A DNA stretch of 64,000 nucleotides from Syntrophorhabdaceae bacterium (GTDB taxonomy: Bacteria; Desulfobacterota; Syntrophorhabdia; Syntrophorhabdales; Syntrophorhabdaceae): NCBI GenBank assembly GCA_963666485.2, contig CAXXUO010000001.1, positions 1,056,001-1,120,000 on the forward strand, in the 5' to 3' direction. Both the position numbers and the translations under genes were made by a program. The notes beneath the pieces were generated by a model. The model did not search any database. It saw nothing but the letters and a program-made list of their open reading frames with translations, and had not been told where the DNA came from. Positions 42,704 to 51,915 of this stretch are shown here, in pieces (position 1 is the stretch's first letter; each line of letters begins with the position of its first letter).

Positions 42704-45700
42704 TTACTTAATGGCTTTGTGATACGACTGAAGCGCTTTCACCCTGATCTCGCCCTTGTTTGCGAGGGATGCCTTGATGCCTTCCGCCGTTGCCTTTGCC
42801 GCAGCTGCGGTTGTGATGTACGGTATTTTGTATTTGATGGCCGTTTTCCGTATGTAGGAGTCGTCGTATTTGCTGCTCTTGCCCGACGGCGTGTTGATGA
42901 CCAGCTGGATCTCTTTGTTGTGAATGGCGTCGACGATGTTCGGTCTGCCCTCATGGACCTTCTTTACAAGCTTGCTCCTGACCCCATGCCCGGCAAGGAA
43001 TTTGTGCGTGCCTTCGGTCGCTATGATGGTGAACCCCATTTTGACGAGCTGTTTCGCGACGTCGAGGATCTCCACCTTGTCGTGATCGACAACGGTCACA
43101 AGGACGTTGCCCGAGCGGGGCAGCCTCTGTCCCGCAGCTTCCTGGGATTTGGCGAATGCGAGGCCGAAGGAGTTCGCCATTCCAAGCACCTCGCCGGTCG
43201 ATTTCATCTCGGGGCCGAGTGTCGGGTCAACTTCCGGGAACATGTTGAACGGGAAAACGGCCTCCTTGACGCCGACGTGCGGGTATTCCTTGTGGGTGAG
43301 GTGCATGTCCTTCAGTTTCTTCCCGAGCATGAGCTGGGTCGCGATGCGTGCCATCTGAACGCCGGTCACTTTTGAAACGAGAGGGACCGTCCGGCTTGCC
43401 CGGGGATTGGCCTCGAGGATGTAGACCTTATCGCTGGCAATTGCGTACTGAATGTTCATAAGGCCGACAACTTTGAGTTCTATGGCAAGTTTCTTCGTAT
43501 ACTCGTTGATCGTCTTAATGTGCTTTTCAGCCAGCGTCTTCGGCGGTATCGCGCACGCGCTGTCCCCGGAGTGTACACCGGCGAGCTCTATATGCTCCAT
43601 GATGGAGGGAACGAAGGCGTCCCTGCCGTCGGAGATCGCGTCAGCCTCGACCTCGATCGCGTTTTCAAGGAATTTGTCGATAAGGATCGGCCTGCCGGGG
43701 GTGATGTCGACGGCGGCGTTGACGTAGGACTTGAGCATTTCGTCGTCATAGACGATCTCCATGCCCCGGCCGCCGAGGACATATGACGGACGGACCATGA
43801 GCGGGTACCCGATCCGCCGTGCGGCCTCGATGGCCTCCTCCAGCACGACCGCCGTACCGCTTTCGGGCTGCGGGATACCGATCTTCCTGATTATCTGGCT
43901 GAAACGCTTGCGGTCTTCGGCTATGTCGATACTCTCGGGCGTTGTGCCGAGTATTTTTACCCCTGCGTCCTCGAGCTGCCGCGCGAGGTTGAGGGGCGTC
44001 TGGCCGCCGAACTGGACGATCGCGCCGATCGGTTTTTCTTTTTCGTAAATGCTCAGGACGTCTTCCACGGTGAGCGGCTCGAAATAAAGTTTGTCCGATG
44101 TGTCGTAATCCGTGGAGACCGTCTCCGGGTTGCAGTTGACCATGATCGATTCGTATCCCTCGTCGCGCAGGGTGAATGCCGCATGAACACAGGTATAGTC
44201 GAACTCTATGCCCTGGCCGATACGGTTCGGGCCGCCGCCGAGGATCATGACCTTTTTACGCTTGCTGACCGCTACCTCGTCAGGGGCGTTGTATGTCGAG
44301 TAATAATAGGCCGCATCGGCCCCGCTGACCGGCACCCTGCACCAGGTCTCGTTCTTTCCGAGCGCGGAGCGCCTGCGCCGTATCTCGGGCTCCGCTATGC
44401 CGAGGATCATGGACAGGTACCTGTCGGAGAACCCGTCTTCTTTTGCCTTGACGAGAAGGTGGTCGGGAAGGGAGCCGCCCTTATGCTTGAGCATCTCCAT
44501 TTCGACGTCGAGGATCTCCTTCATTTGCCCGATGAACCAGTGCTTTATCTTTGTTTTTTCGAAAAGCTCGTCGATCGTCGCACCCTTGCGCAGCGCCTCG
44601 TACATGATGAACTGGCGCTCCGAGGAGGGCTCGTTGAGAAGACGCATGAGGTCGTCGAGAGGCAATTCGTTGAAATTCTTTGCGAAGCCAAGACCGTACC
44701 TTTTCGTTTCGAGCGAGCGGATCGCCTTCTGGAAAGCTTCCTTATATGTCTTGCCGATGCTCATGGCCTCGCCGACGGCCTTCATCTGGGTCCCCAGCTT
44801 GTCCTCGGCCTCGCTGAACTTTTCGAACGCCCAGCGGGCGAACTTGATGACGACGTATTCACCGGACGGGACGTATTCATCAAGCCCCGATCCGCGGTAA
44901 TAGGGTATGTCCTTCAGGGTGTACCCGCCCGCCAGTTTTGCCGAGATAAATGCGATCGGGAACCCGGTCGCCTTGGATGCGAGCGCTGACGAACGCGACG
45001 TCCTCGGATTGATCTCGATGACGACGATGCGCCCGGTTCCGGGGTCGTGGGCAAACTGTATGTTCGTCCCGCCGATCACCTGTATCGCTTCGACGATTCG
45101 GTATGAATAATCCTGCAGTTTTTTCTGGACCTCTTCGGAAATGGTGAGCATCGGCGCGCAGCAGAAGGAATCTCCCGTGTGGACGCCCATCGGGTCGATG
45201 TTCTCGATAAAGCACACGGTGATCATCTTGTTCTCGGCGTCGCGGACGACCTCGAGTTCCAGTTCTTCCCAGCCGACCACCGCCTCCTCGATCAGGATCT
45301 GCCCGATAAGGCTCGCGGAGATGCCGCGGCTCGCGATCGTGTTCAGCTCGTCCTTGTTGTAAGCTATGCCGCCGCCGGTCCCTCCCATCGTGTACGCCGG
45401 GCGGATAACGACGGGGTATCCGAGCCGGTCGGCGATGCCGAGGGCCTCTTCCACGGAATACGCGAGCGCGCTCTCAGGCATGGGGATGCCCAGTTTGGCC
45501 ATGGTCTTTTTGAACTCGTCGCGGTCTTCCCCGCGCTCGATCGCATCGGCCTGAACGCCGATGATGCGTACGCCGTGTTTCTCAAGTATGCCCTTCCGGG
45601 AAAGCTCGGCTGCCAGGTTAAGGCCTGTCTGGCCGCCAAGGTTAGGCAGCAGGCCCTGGGGCTTTTCCTTTTCGATGATCTTCTCAAGCACCTCGATGGT

Positions 45701-45916
45701 AAGGGGCTCCACGTATGTCCTGTCGGCCATGCCAGGATCCGTCATGATCGTTGCAGGATTTGAGTTTACAAGGACGATCTTGTACCCCGCTGCACGCAGG
45801 GCCTTGCACGCCTGGGTCCCCGAGTAGTCGAATTCACATGCCTGGCCGATAATGATCGGGCCGGAACCGATAATGAGCACTTTCTTGATGCCTTTGATCC
45901 TGGGAGGCTTTTTCAT
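42704..45916 (-). CDS. carB: Carbamoyl-phosphate synthase large subunit
   Basis: IGSGPIIIGQACEFDYSG, duplicated ATP-grasp (RPAYTMGG, RPSYVLGG), GPNRIGQGIEFDY and a C-terminal MGS domain. Confidence 0.98.
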   Translation of the reverse strand: MKKPPRIKGIKKVLIIGSGPIIIGQACEFDYSGTQACKALRAAGYKIVLVNSNPATIMTDPGMADRTYVEPLTIEVLEKIIEKEKPQGLLPNLGGQTGLNLAAELSRKGILEKHGVRIIGVQADAIERGEDRDEFKKTMAKLGIPMPESALAYSVEEALGIADRLGYPVVIRPAYTMGGTGGGIAYNKDELNTIASRGISASLIGQILIEEAVVGWEELELEVVRDAENKMITVCFIENIDPMGVHTGDSFCCAPMLTISEEVQKKLQDYSYRIVEAIQVIGGTNIQFAHDPGTGRIVVIEINPRTSRSSALASKATGFPIAFISAKLAGGYTLKDIPYYRGSGLDEYVPSGEYVVIKFARWAFEKFSEAEDKLGTQMKAVGEAMSIGKTYKEAFQKAIRSLETKRYGLGFAKNFNELPLDDLMRLLNEPSSERQFIMYEALRKGATIDELFEKTKIKHWFIGQMKEILDVEMEMLKHKGGSLPDHLLVKAKEDGFSDRYLSMILGIAEPEIRRRRSALGKNETWCRVPVSGADAAYYYSTYNAPDEVAVSKRKKVMILGGGPNRIGQGIEFDYTCVHAAFTLRDEGYESIMVNCNPETVSTDYDTSDKLYFEPLTVEDVLSIYEKEKPIGAIVQFGGQTPLNLARQLEDAGVKILGTTPESIDIAEDRKRFSQIIRKIGIPQPESGTAVVLEEAIEAARRIGYPLMVRPSYVLGGRGMEIVYDDEMLKSYVNAAVDITPGRPILIDKFLENAIEVEADAISDGRDAFVPSIMEHIELAGVHSGDSACAIPPKTLAEKHIKTINEYTKKLAIELKVVGLMNIQYAIASDKVYILEANPRASRTVPLVSKVTGVQMARIATQLMLGKKLKDMHLTHKEYPHVGVKEAVFPFNMFPEVDPTLGPEMKSTGEVLGMANSFGLAFAKSQEAAGQRLPRSGNVLVTVVDHDKVEILDVAKQLVKMGFTIIATEGTHKFLAGHGVRSKLVKKVHEGRPNIVDAIHNKEIQLVINTPSGKSSKYDDSYIRKTAIKYKIPYITTAAAAKATAEGIKASLANKGEIRVKALQSYHKAIK

Positions 45917-45945
45917 GGGAGGGTGTCCTTTCGGATTTGCTCTGC

Positions 45946-45974
45946 ATCCTAGCAGAAGAACATAAGCGAGTCAA
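45946..45974 (-). promoter_or_regulatory. Sigma70-type promoter for carB
   Basis: Minus strand TTGACT, 17 bp spacer, TAGGAT, with an extended TG. Confidence 0.5.
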
Positions 45975-46132
45975 GCGTTTTCGGGGGTTATCCGGGGCAG
46001 TTTTGCATGACATTCAGGCCACGAAGGGCCTTGTCGACCAGTCAAGACCGATAAAAAGACGTTTTTGTATCAAATTAGGCAAATCTGGATGGTTTTCCAC
46101 AAAGGCATGGGGGCGATAAGGACATTTTTGTA

Positions 46133-47161
46133 TCAGATCGTCCGATTTAATGAGCGGGACCCGGGGTCCTTGATAGACTGCTGGGACATGCCGCTCGGCA
46201 GTGTCAGGCAGAAGATAAGGATCACGGCAAAGAGTATTATCTTCAGCAGAGCAATGCCCGACGACATGGGCCCCCGCTTTCGGAAGGAGATGGGAGCAAA
46301 CTGCATTGTTCCGAGATCGGAATACCTCTTCGAGTATTTCTTCTTTTCTTTTCGGGCTGCGTGGGCGATGATCAGAAGGCCCAGGATGACGACAAGGACA
46401 TAAAAGACCAGCCGCGACCCGGGATTGAAAGATATTCTGCCCGATGACAATGCGAAATAATCGATCATAAACGACCCGACCCCGGACCAGAAAAAAAACT
46501 GACCCAGGGTTTGCCCCCGCCCGGTCCGGGCGCTTCCCGCAAGGAAGAGAAGAATAAAGAATATAATGAGGTCCTTGAGTGCTTCGTAGAGTGCGACCGG
46601 ATGCCTGAAGCCGGCCGCAAAGGGATATTTGAAGCCCCACGAGGCGCTGGTGACCGAGCCGTACAATTCGCCGTTCACGTGGTTCGCTACCCGCACCATG
46701 ACGAGCAGGAGACAGAACGGGATAATGACCTCATCGGCGATGGTAAGGAATTTCTTCTTGTAGAGGTAAGAAAAGGCGAGAGATCCTGCCAGCAGCCCTG
46801 CCACAACCCCCGTGACCGCCATTCCGCCGTGCCAGAATGACGCCATCTCCAGGTATCTGCCGGAGAAGACGCCGCGTTCATAGATAAAAACATCGAAGAC
46901 GCGGCCGACGAGCAAGCCGAGAATACCGATGATGAGCGAAAGGTCGAGGGCCCGTGACGGGGATATCCCGATATATCCCCGCCGGATGATCAGCCATAAG
47001 AAAATGCAGAGGAATCCGAGCGCGTAGGCAAGCCCGTGGTACCAGAAACTTATACCCGATATTTCAGCGAATACAGGATCGGTATTGACGACATAGGGCC
47101 CGTCGAACACCAGCGTAACCCCCCCTCGCAGATCTGCGTTGAATTTTCCCGTTTCTCTCAT
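46133..47161 (-). CDS. Prolipoprotein diacylglyceryl transferase (Lgt)-family membrane protein, degenerate active site
   Basis: DPV..., WYHGLAY, GRVFDV, WHGGM, RVANHVNGELYG and RHPVALYE motifs; several catalytic positions substituted. Confidence 0.8.
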   Translation of the reverse strand: MRETGKFNADLRGGVTLVFDGPYVVNTDPVFAEISGISFWYHGLAYALGFLCIFLWLIIRRGYIGISPSRALDLSLIIGILGLLVGRVFDVFIYERGVFSGRYLEMASFWHGGMAVTGVVAGLLAGSLAFSYLYKKKFLTIADEVIIPFCLLLVMVRVANHVNGELYGSVTSASWGFKYPFAAGFRHPVALYEALKDLIIFFILLFLAGSARTGRGQTLGQFFFWSGVGSFMIDYFALSSGRISFNPGSRLVFYVLVVILGLLIIAHAARKEKKKYSKRYSDLGTMQFAPISFRKRGPMSSGIALLKIILFAVILIFCLTLPSGMSQQSIKDPGSRSLNRTI

Positions 47162-47206
47162 TTTCCTATTCGCACCGAGATATTGTCAACTGAAGAATAA
47201 ATGAGA

Positions 47207-47225
47207 CCCTCCCGTTGCGGGAGGG
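47207..47225 (-). terminator. GC-rich hairpin after rubredoxin (possible terminator)
   Basis: CCCTCCCG-TTG-CGGGAGGG perfect 8 bp stem; weak T tail. Confidence 0.45.
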
Positions 47226-47268
47226 AATTGGGGGACTTGAAAAACTAAAAGTGGGTGTGTGGGGGGGA

Positions 47269-47406
47269 TTATGCTTCTGATTTTTCGAACGCCTCTTTCG
47301 GGGCGTTGCATATCGGGCAATTCCAGTCGTCCTGAAGCGATTCGAACGGGACGCCTTCCGCCTTCTCATCATATTTGTATCCACATATTGAACATGTCCA
47401 TACCAT
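47269..47406 (-). CDS. Rubredoxin
   Basis: [11 protein letters not shown]...[26 protein letters not shown] before ATG 47406. Confidence 0.92.
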   Translation of the reverse strand: MVWTCSICGYKYDEKAEGVPFESLQDDWNCPICNAPKEAFEKSEA

Positions 47407-47429
47407 ACGAAAAACCTCCTTGTTTATGA

Positions 47430-47840
47430 TCAATTCTTCTTCTTCCCGGCATCCGAGCATTCCCCGCAGATGCCGTAAAAATCGACACGGTTGCCGATCA
47501 CCTCAAAGCCCTGTTTCTCACCCTCGGTAAGCCCGACCGGAAATTCTGTGAAGATATCCACGACTTTCTTGCACTCGATGCATATCAGGTGGTGGTGCGG
47601 TTCAACATTCGGGTCAAACCGTTTCTTCACCGGGTCTATCGAAAGTTCTATGACCATTCCCTGCTCTTTCAGAGTCTCCATCGTATTGTATACCGTCGCA
47701 AGGGACATTGTCGGAAACCGTTCATTCAGGGCACCGTATATATCGGCCGCTCCCGGGTGTGTCACATTTCCGTCCAGATATTCCATGATCGCTATCCTCT
47801 GGGGCGTCATCTTCATCGTCTTGCGCTTTACATCATCCAT
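47430..47840 (-). CDS. perR: Fur-family repressor, PerR-like
   Basis: TPQR, HP, SLATVYN, RFD...HHH.CxxC..D and C-terminal CxxC motifs; lies between rubredoxin and a ferritin-like gene. Confidence 0.8.
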   Translation of the reverse strand: MDDVKRKTMKMTPQRIAIMEYLDGNVTHPGAADIYGALNERFPTMSLATVYNTMETLKEQGMVIELSIDPVKKRFDPNVEPHHHLICIECKKVVDIFTEFPVGLTEGEKQGFEVIGNRVDFYGICGECSDAGKKKN

Positions 47841-47864
47841 TTAATATCGCCTATCACCTAATAT

Positions 47865-47894
47865 AGAATAATACCTAAGAATGATTCTTGTCAA
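47865..47894 (-). promoter_or_regulatory. perR promoter with a palindromic operator in the spacer
   Basis: Minus strand TTGACA (47894-47889), 18 bp spacer, TATTCT (47870-47865); palindrome AAGAAT-G-ATTCTT at 47877-47889. Confidence 0.6.
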
Positions 47895-47944
47895 GTATTT
47901 TTTATAAAATAAATATCAAACCCGGTTTTTGTGAAAGACCCGGG

Positions 47945-48469
47945 TCAACCGCCATCCCACATGGGATGTTCCGTCTTGACGAACCAGGCTGCAGGGTTCT
48001 CGAAATACTCCTCGGCATCCCGAAGCGCAAGGTAGTGTTCGTATTCGATGGACGAAAGAAGTTCAAAAAAAGCCTTTTCGCGTTCATCGATGGAAGAGGC
48101 CGCGAGGTCCTTGTAAAAAATGACGCCTTTTTCCTCAAATTCCGCAGCTATCCTGACAGCCTCCCGGTCATTGGGGTCGCATGGCTCGGCCCTGTCGACA
48201 TTTTTGAGTGTCGTAAGCAGGATATCGCGGACGTTGGTCTGGTTGATCGTAAGCGGTACGGTTTCGGGCCACCTTGCCGCTTTTGCCCATTCCTCGTGCA
48301 GCTTCTTCAGTCTTTCATAATGTTCCACCTCGTCCTGTGCTATACGGTTGAACATGGCCCGGCCGACCGAATTTTGCGTCCTTGCGGCATTCTTCAGGTA
48401 AAAATCACGCTCGCGGTCCTCGTTGTTCAAGGCTGCTTCCAATGCATTGAGCCTGTCTTCGCTACCCAT
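47945..48469 (-). CDS. Ferritin-like / rubrerythrin-type diiron protein (no rubredoxin domain)
   Basis: Two E...FY...ExxH repeats (NEDRERDFY..DEVEH and FEEKGVIFY..IEYEH); start at ATG 48469 after GAGG. Confidence 0.85.
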   Translation of the reverse strand: MGSEDRLNALEAALNNEDRERDFYLKNAARTQNSVGRAMFNRIAQDEVEHYERLKKLHEEWAKAARWPETVPLTINQTNVRDILLTTLKNVDRAEPCDPNDREAVRIAAEFEEKGVIFYKDLAASSIDEREKAFFELLSSIEYEHYLALRDAEEYFENPAAWFVKTEHPMWDGG

Positions 48470-48550
48470 AGCGCACCTCACTTTTTTTGATGTGACTTAA
48501 TATAGGGATGAAAGGGTGGAGAATCAAGGTGGGATAAGCTATGGGGAAAA

Positions 48551-48688
48551 CCGTTCAACAGTTCAAGCGTTCAACAGTTCAACGATAAAAGAAGAGATAC
48601 ATTGGATTCCGGTATCATACTTAAGAAGCAACGAAGTGTATTTTTTGCTTTGAACGGTTGAACGGTTGAACGGTTGAACGGTTGAACC
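48551..48688. repeat. Palindromic octamer tandem-repeat element
   Basis: GTTCAAnn x4 at 48553-48584 versus TTGAACGG x4 plus TTGAACC at 48650-48688. Confidence 0.9.
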
Positions 48689-48696
48689 TTATTTTT

Positions 48697-49671
48697 TCAT
48701 ATTTTCAGCCTGTCCACGATCACCTCATCTATCCTCTTCTTACCGAGAAGCGCCATGATCAGGCGGTCGATGCCGACGCTGACGCCGGTGCAGTCGTGCC
48801 GTATCGATCCGAGGGAATCGAGGAACGCCTTATCGGGAGGGAATTTCCTTTTCCCCATGCGGGCCCTTATCCGGTTGTCCTCTTCGAAACGCATGAGCTG
48901 CTCTTCGGGGTCGGTCAGCTCGGTGTAGCCGTTCGCTATCTCGAGGCCGCCAATGTAAAGCTCGAACCTCTCGACCATATTCGGCCTGTCACGGAATTTC
49001 TTCGCCATTGTCGAGATGGATGAAGGCCAGCCGTATATAATAAAGGGTTTTTCACGGTCTAATTTTGGTTCTATCTCCTGGATGAACGCCTTGAAGAAAA
49101 GGCTGTTCCAGTCATCTTTATCATCGACCCCCGGGAAGCCCCTGCCGTCTAGGGCCGTGAACAGGGCGTCCCTTGTGAGGGGAAACGGGTCGAACCCCAT
49201 GATACGGAGGAACAGGTGATCGAGTTCGTATACCGTGAACGGGGTGGTGAACCTTTCCTGGTCCGGCAGATCAAGGCGCCGGGCGACCTGTTCGACAAGG
49301 CTGCCCGTCTCCGCCATGATATCCGTGCAGGACCCTTCCCGGTACCATTCGAGCATTGTGAATTCCGTATTGTGTATCTCTTCGAGGTCTTCGACCCTCC
49401 AGACCTTGCAGATCTCGAAGATCCTCGTGTGGCCCGCCCGCAGCAATTTCTTGAGCCCCATCTCCGGCGACGTGTGGAGAAAATAAGGTCCCTTTCCGGA
49501 TACCCACACCTCGAGCGGGTCTATATGCGGGTCAGGTGGAGCGGTTGCCATAAGGTTCGCCGTCTCGACCTCGACATAATCCCGATCGTAAAAGAACTCG
49601 CGCGTGAGCCTGAGCACGTCGTGGCGTGTTTTCAGGATCTCACTTATCTGCTGTATATGGCTGGTTGGCAT
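48697..49671 (-). CDS. epmA: EF-P beta-lysyl ligase (LysRS2 paralogue without anticodon domain)
   Basis: YVEVET, LHTSPEMGLKKLL, HNTEFTMLEWY, ERFELYIGGLEIANGYTELTD and GVSVGIDRL motifs. Confidence 0.92.
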   Translation of the reverse strand: MPTSHIQQISEILKTRHDVLRLTREFFYDRDYVEVETANLMATAPPDPHIDPLEVWVSGKGPYFLHTSPEMGLKKLLRAGHTRIFEICKVWRVEDLEEIHNTEFTMLEWYREGSCTDIMAETGSLVEQVARRLDLPDQERFTTPFTVYELDHLFLRIMGFDPFPLTRDALFTALDGRGFPGVDDKDDWNSLFFKAFIQEIEPKLDREKPFIIYGWPSSISTMAKKFRDRPNMVERFELYIGGLEIANGYTELTDPEEQLMRFEEDNRIRARMGKRKFPPDKAFLDSLGSIRHDCTGVSVGIDRLIMALLGKKRIDEVIVDRLKI

Positions 49672-49693
49672 GGGTCCCCGTTATGCCATGTTA

Positions 49694-49722
49694 TTGCAAT
49701 TCATCGAGCAAATCAGTATACT
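49694..49722 (+). promoter_or_regulatory. Sigma70-type promoter for tRNA-Ser
   Basis: TTGCAA, 17 bp spacer, TATACT, ending 16 bp before the tRNA. Confidence 0.55.
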
Positions 49723-49738
49723 TTGTCCGTATCTTTAC

Positions 49739-49831
49739 GGAGAGGTGACCGAGTAGGCCGAAGGTGCTCGCCTGCTAAGCGAGTGTACGGTGAAAGCTGT
49801 ACCCAGGGTTCAAATCCCTGCCTCTCCGCCA
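49739..49831 (+). tRNA. tRNA-Ser(GCT)
   Basis: GGAGAGG/CCTCTCC acceptor stem, CTCGC-CTGCTAA-GCGAG anticodon arm, long variable arm, GGTTCAAATCC T-loop, encoded GCCA end. Confidence 0.97.
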
Positions 49832-49921
49832 AATTATATCGATTCCGGTATATCACAGCTGAATCATCTAATCAAGGATTAGTCAGACAGGAACAGGGTG
49901 GTGCGCGCTTTAAGGCCGGCG

Positions 49922-51880
49922 TCAGCTTTCGTACGGGAAGGTCATCCTGAATTCCGTACCCCCGTCGCGGGACATCTCGATCGTTCCTTCGAGCTGTTCC
50001 ACCAGGGACACGACAAGCTGCATCCCCAGCGTTTCGGTACGGGTAAAGTCTATATCCTCCGGGAAACCTATGCCGTTGTCACGCACGATAAAAGTAATTT
50101 CATCCCCGGTCCGTTTGAGGCCGATCATGACCGTGCCCTCCCTGTCGTCGGGAAAGGCATATTTCATGGAATTTGAGTACAATTCGTTCAATATGAGCCC
50201 CAGCGGTATCGCCGTATCGATGCTGAACTGGATGTCATCCATCGCAACGGAGAGGTCTATGGCCGCCGCGTGGAGGTTGTACGACCGCGATATGTCGGCC
50301 AGCAGTTCCTGCCCGTACTCCCTGAAGTTTATGCGTGCAAGGTCCGTGGAGCGGTACAGCTTGTTGTGGATCATCGACATGACATGGATCCGCTTGCGGC
50401 AATCGTCGAGGAGCTCTTTTGCCTTCACGTCGCGGATCGTGCCGGACTGCAGGTTGAGGATGCTCGACACGACCATGAGATTGTTCTTCACACGGTGGTG
50501 GATCTCCTTGAGAAGGAGCTCTTTTTCCCTCAGAGATGTCACAAGTGCTTCTTCGGCCGCCTTGCGTTCGGTTATATCCTCTATCTGGGATATGAAATAC
50601 GCGGGCCGGTCCGCGTCATCGCGTACCAGGGAAACGCTCAGCAATACCCACACGATGTGCCCGTCTTTATGAAAATACCTTTTTTCCATCTGGTATGTCT
50701 TGATGTCGCCGGAAAGCATCTGTTCCACATACGAAAGATCGGCATCAAGATCGTCCGGGTGCGTTATGTCCTGGAACGTCAGTGCAAGCAGCTCTTCTTC
50801 CGTGTATCCCAACAGTTCGCAGACAGCGCGGTTCACACGGAGCCAGCTCCCTTCCGGTGAAACGAGTGCCTTTCCAATGGAGGCATACTCGAAGGCCTTG
50901 TGAAAACGCTGCTCGCTTATGCTCAGATCGGCCTCGAGCTTTTTCTGCTCGGTAATGTCATGAACGAACGAGAATATAGACAAAAGGTCCCCATGGTTAT
51001 CGAGCAGAACCGAGTTGTGCCATTCACAGACGATCAGCGAACCGTCCTTCCGGTAGTTCCTGTTGATATGGGTATTTGTGGTTTTCCTGCCATGGAACAT
51101 ATCCGCACTGAGGGCGGCCACTCTTTCGGCATCGTCTTCATGGACCCAGCGGATGTCCGTTATTTTTTTACCCAGGATCTCGCCGGCGGTCCACCCGAAC
51201 ATATCCCGTGCCTTCGTCGACCACCGGATGACCCTGTATTCCGGATCGAACCCGACAAATGCAAGGGGGGAGTTCTCCATATGGTGCCTGAGCATGCCGA
51301 CCGCGCGGGTCAATTCCTGTTCCCGGTCTTTCAGCGCCTGCTCGGCTTTTGCCCGCGCAACGGCCTCCGCTATCAGGTCCGAAACCGTTTTCATGAAGGA
51401 AAGATCATGTTCGCTGAAGGTGTCCCGGGTGCTTGTCCCGAAGGACAATGTCCCGATGACATCGTCGTTCCGGGCGAGCAGGGGATGGCACGCGTACGCC
51501 CTGATTCCGTAGGACTTCACGAGCTCGGTGCGCTCATCCACTGTCGAGCATATGTGGTCCGCTATTATCCGCCGGCCCTCGCGCGCCACGCTTCCGCAGA
51601 CAGCAGCGCCATAGTCGAGCCACTGTATCTTCCCGATCTCTTCTTCGGGAATGCCCGAACATGCGTTGAGCCTTAAGCGCCCGGCATTCTCGTCGGCCAT
51701 GAAGTTAAAAAATGCCTGGCAATCGAGGTGGTCCATTACCCTCAGGCCGATGCTCGCGACAGCAGCCTCCGGGTCTGTGGATGAGAGGAGCGTTTCCGCT
51801 ATTGCGGAAATGAGCCGGAAGTTTTCCTCGCCCGGGAGAAGCCTCTTTTCGCTATCTTTCGAGGAGCTTGTGTCGTCCAT
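49922..51880 (-). CDS. GAF-PAS-PAS-HisKA_2 sensor histidine kinase
   Basis: GAF (YGAAVCG..YACHPL), two [24 protein letters not shown] and DNGIG motifs; start set at ATG 51880. Confidence 0.9.
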   Translation of the reverse strand: MDDTSSSKDSEKRLLPGEENFRLISAIAETLLSSTDPEAAVASIGLRVMDHLDCQAFFNFMADENAGRLRLNACSGIPEEEIGKIQWLDYGAAVCGSVAREGRRIIADHICSTVDERTELVKSYGIRAYACHPLLARNDDVIGTLSFGTSTRDTFSEHDLSFMKTVSDLIAEAVARAKAEQALKDREQELTRAVGMLRHHMENSPLAFVGFDPEYRVIRWSTKARDMFGWTAGEILGKKITDIRWVHEDDAERVAALSADMFHGRKTTNTHINRNYRKDGSLIVCEWHNSVLLDNHGDLLSIFSFVHDITEQKKLEADLSISEQRFHKAFEYASIGKALVSPEGSWLRVNRAVCELLGYTEEELLALTFQDITHPDDLDADLSYVEQMLSGDIKTYQMEKRYFHKDGHIVWVLLSVSLVRDDADRPAYFISQIEDITERKAAEEALVTSLREKELLLKEIHHRVKNNLMVVSSILNLQSGTIRDVKAKELLDDCRKRIHVMSMIHNKLYRSTDLARINFREYGQELLADISRSYNLHAAAIDLSVAMDDIQFSIDTAIPLGLILNELYSNSMKYAFPDDREGTVMIGLKRTGDEITFIVRDNGIGFPEDIDFTRTETLGMQLVVSLVEQLEGTIEMSRDGGTEFRMTFPYES

Positions 51881-51915
51881 AGGGGCCCTCCGGTCCCGCC
51901 CTGTCCTGCGCAAGC

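Noticed and set aside
42169..48688. Repeat arrays as CRISPR
   Set aside because: The units are contiguous 7-8 bp repeats without unique spacers, and there are no cas genes.
49739..49921. tRNA-Ser as the integration site of a genomic island
   Set aside because: There is no integrase next to the tRNA, and I saw no duplicate of the tRNA 3' end in the window. A distal att site beyond 64000 cannot be excluded.
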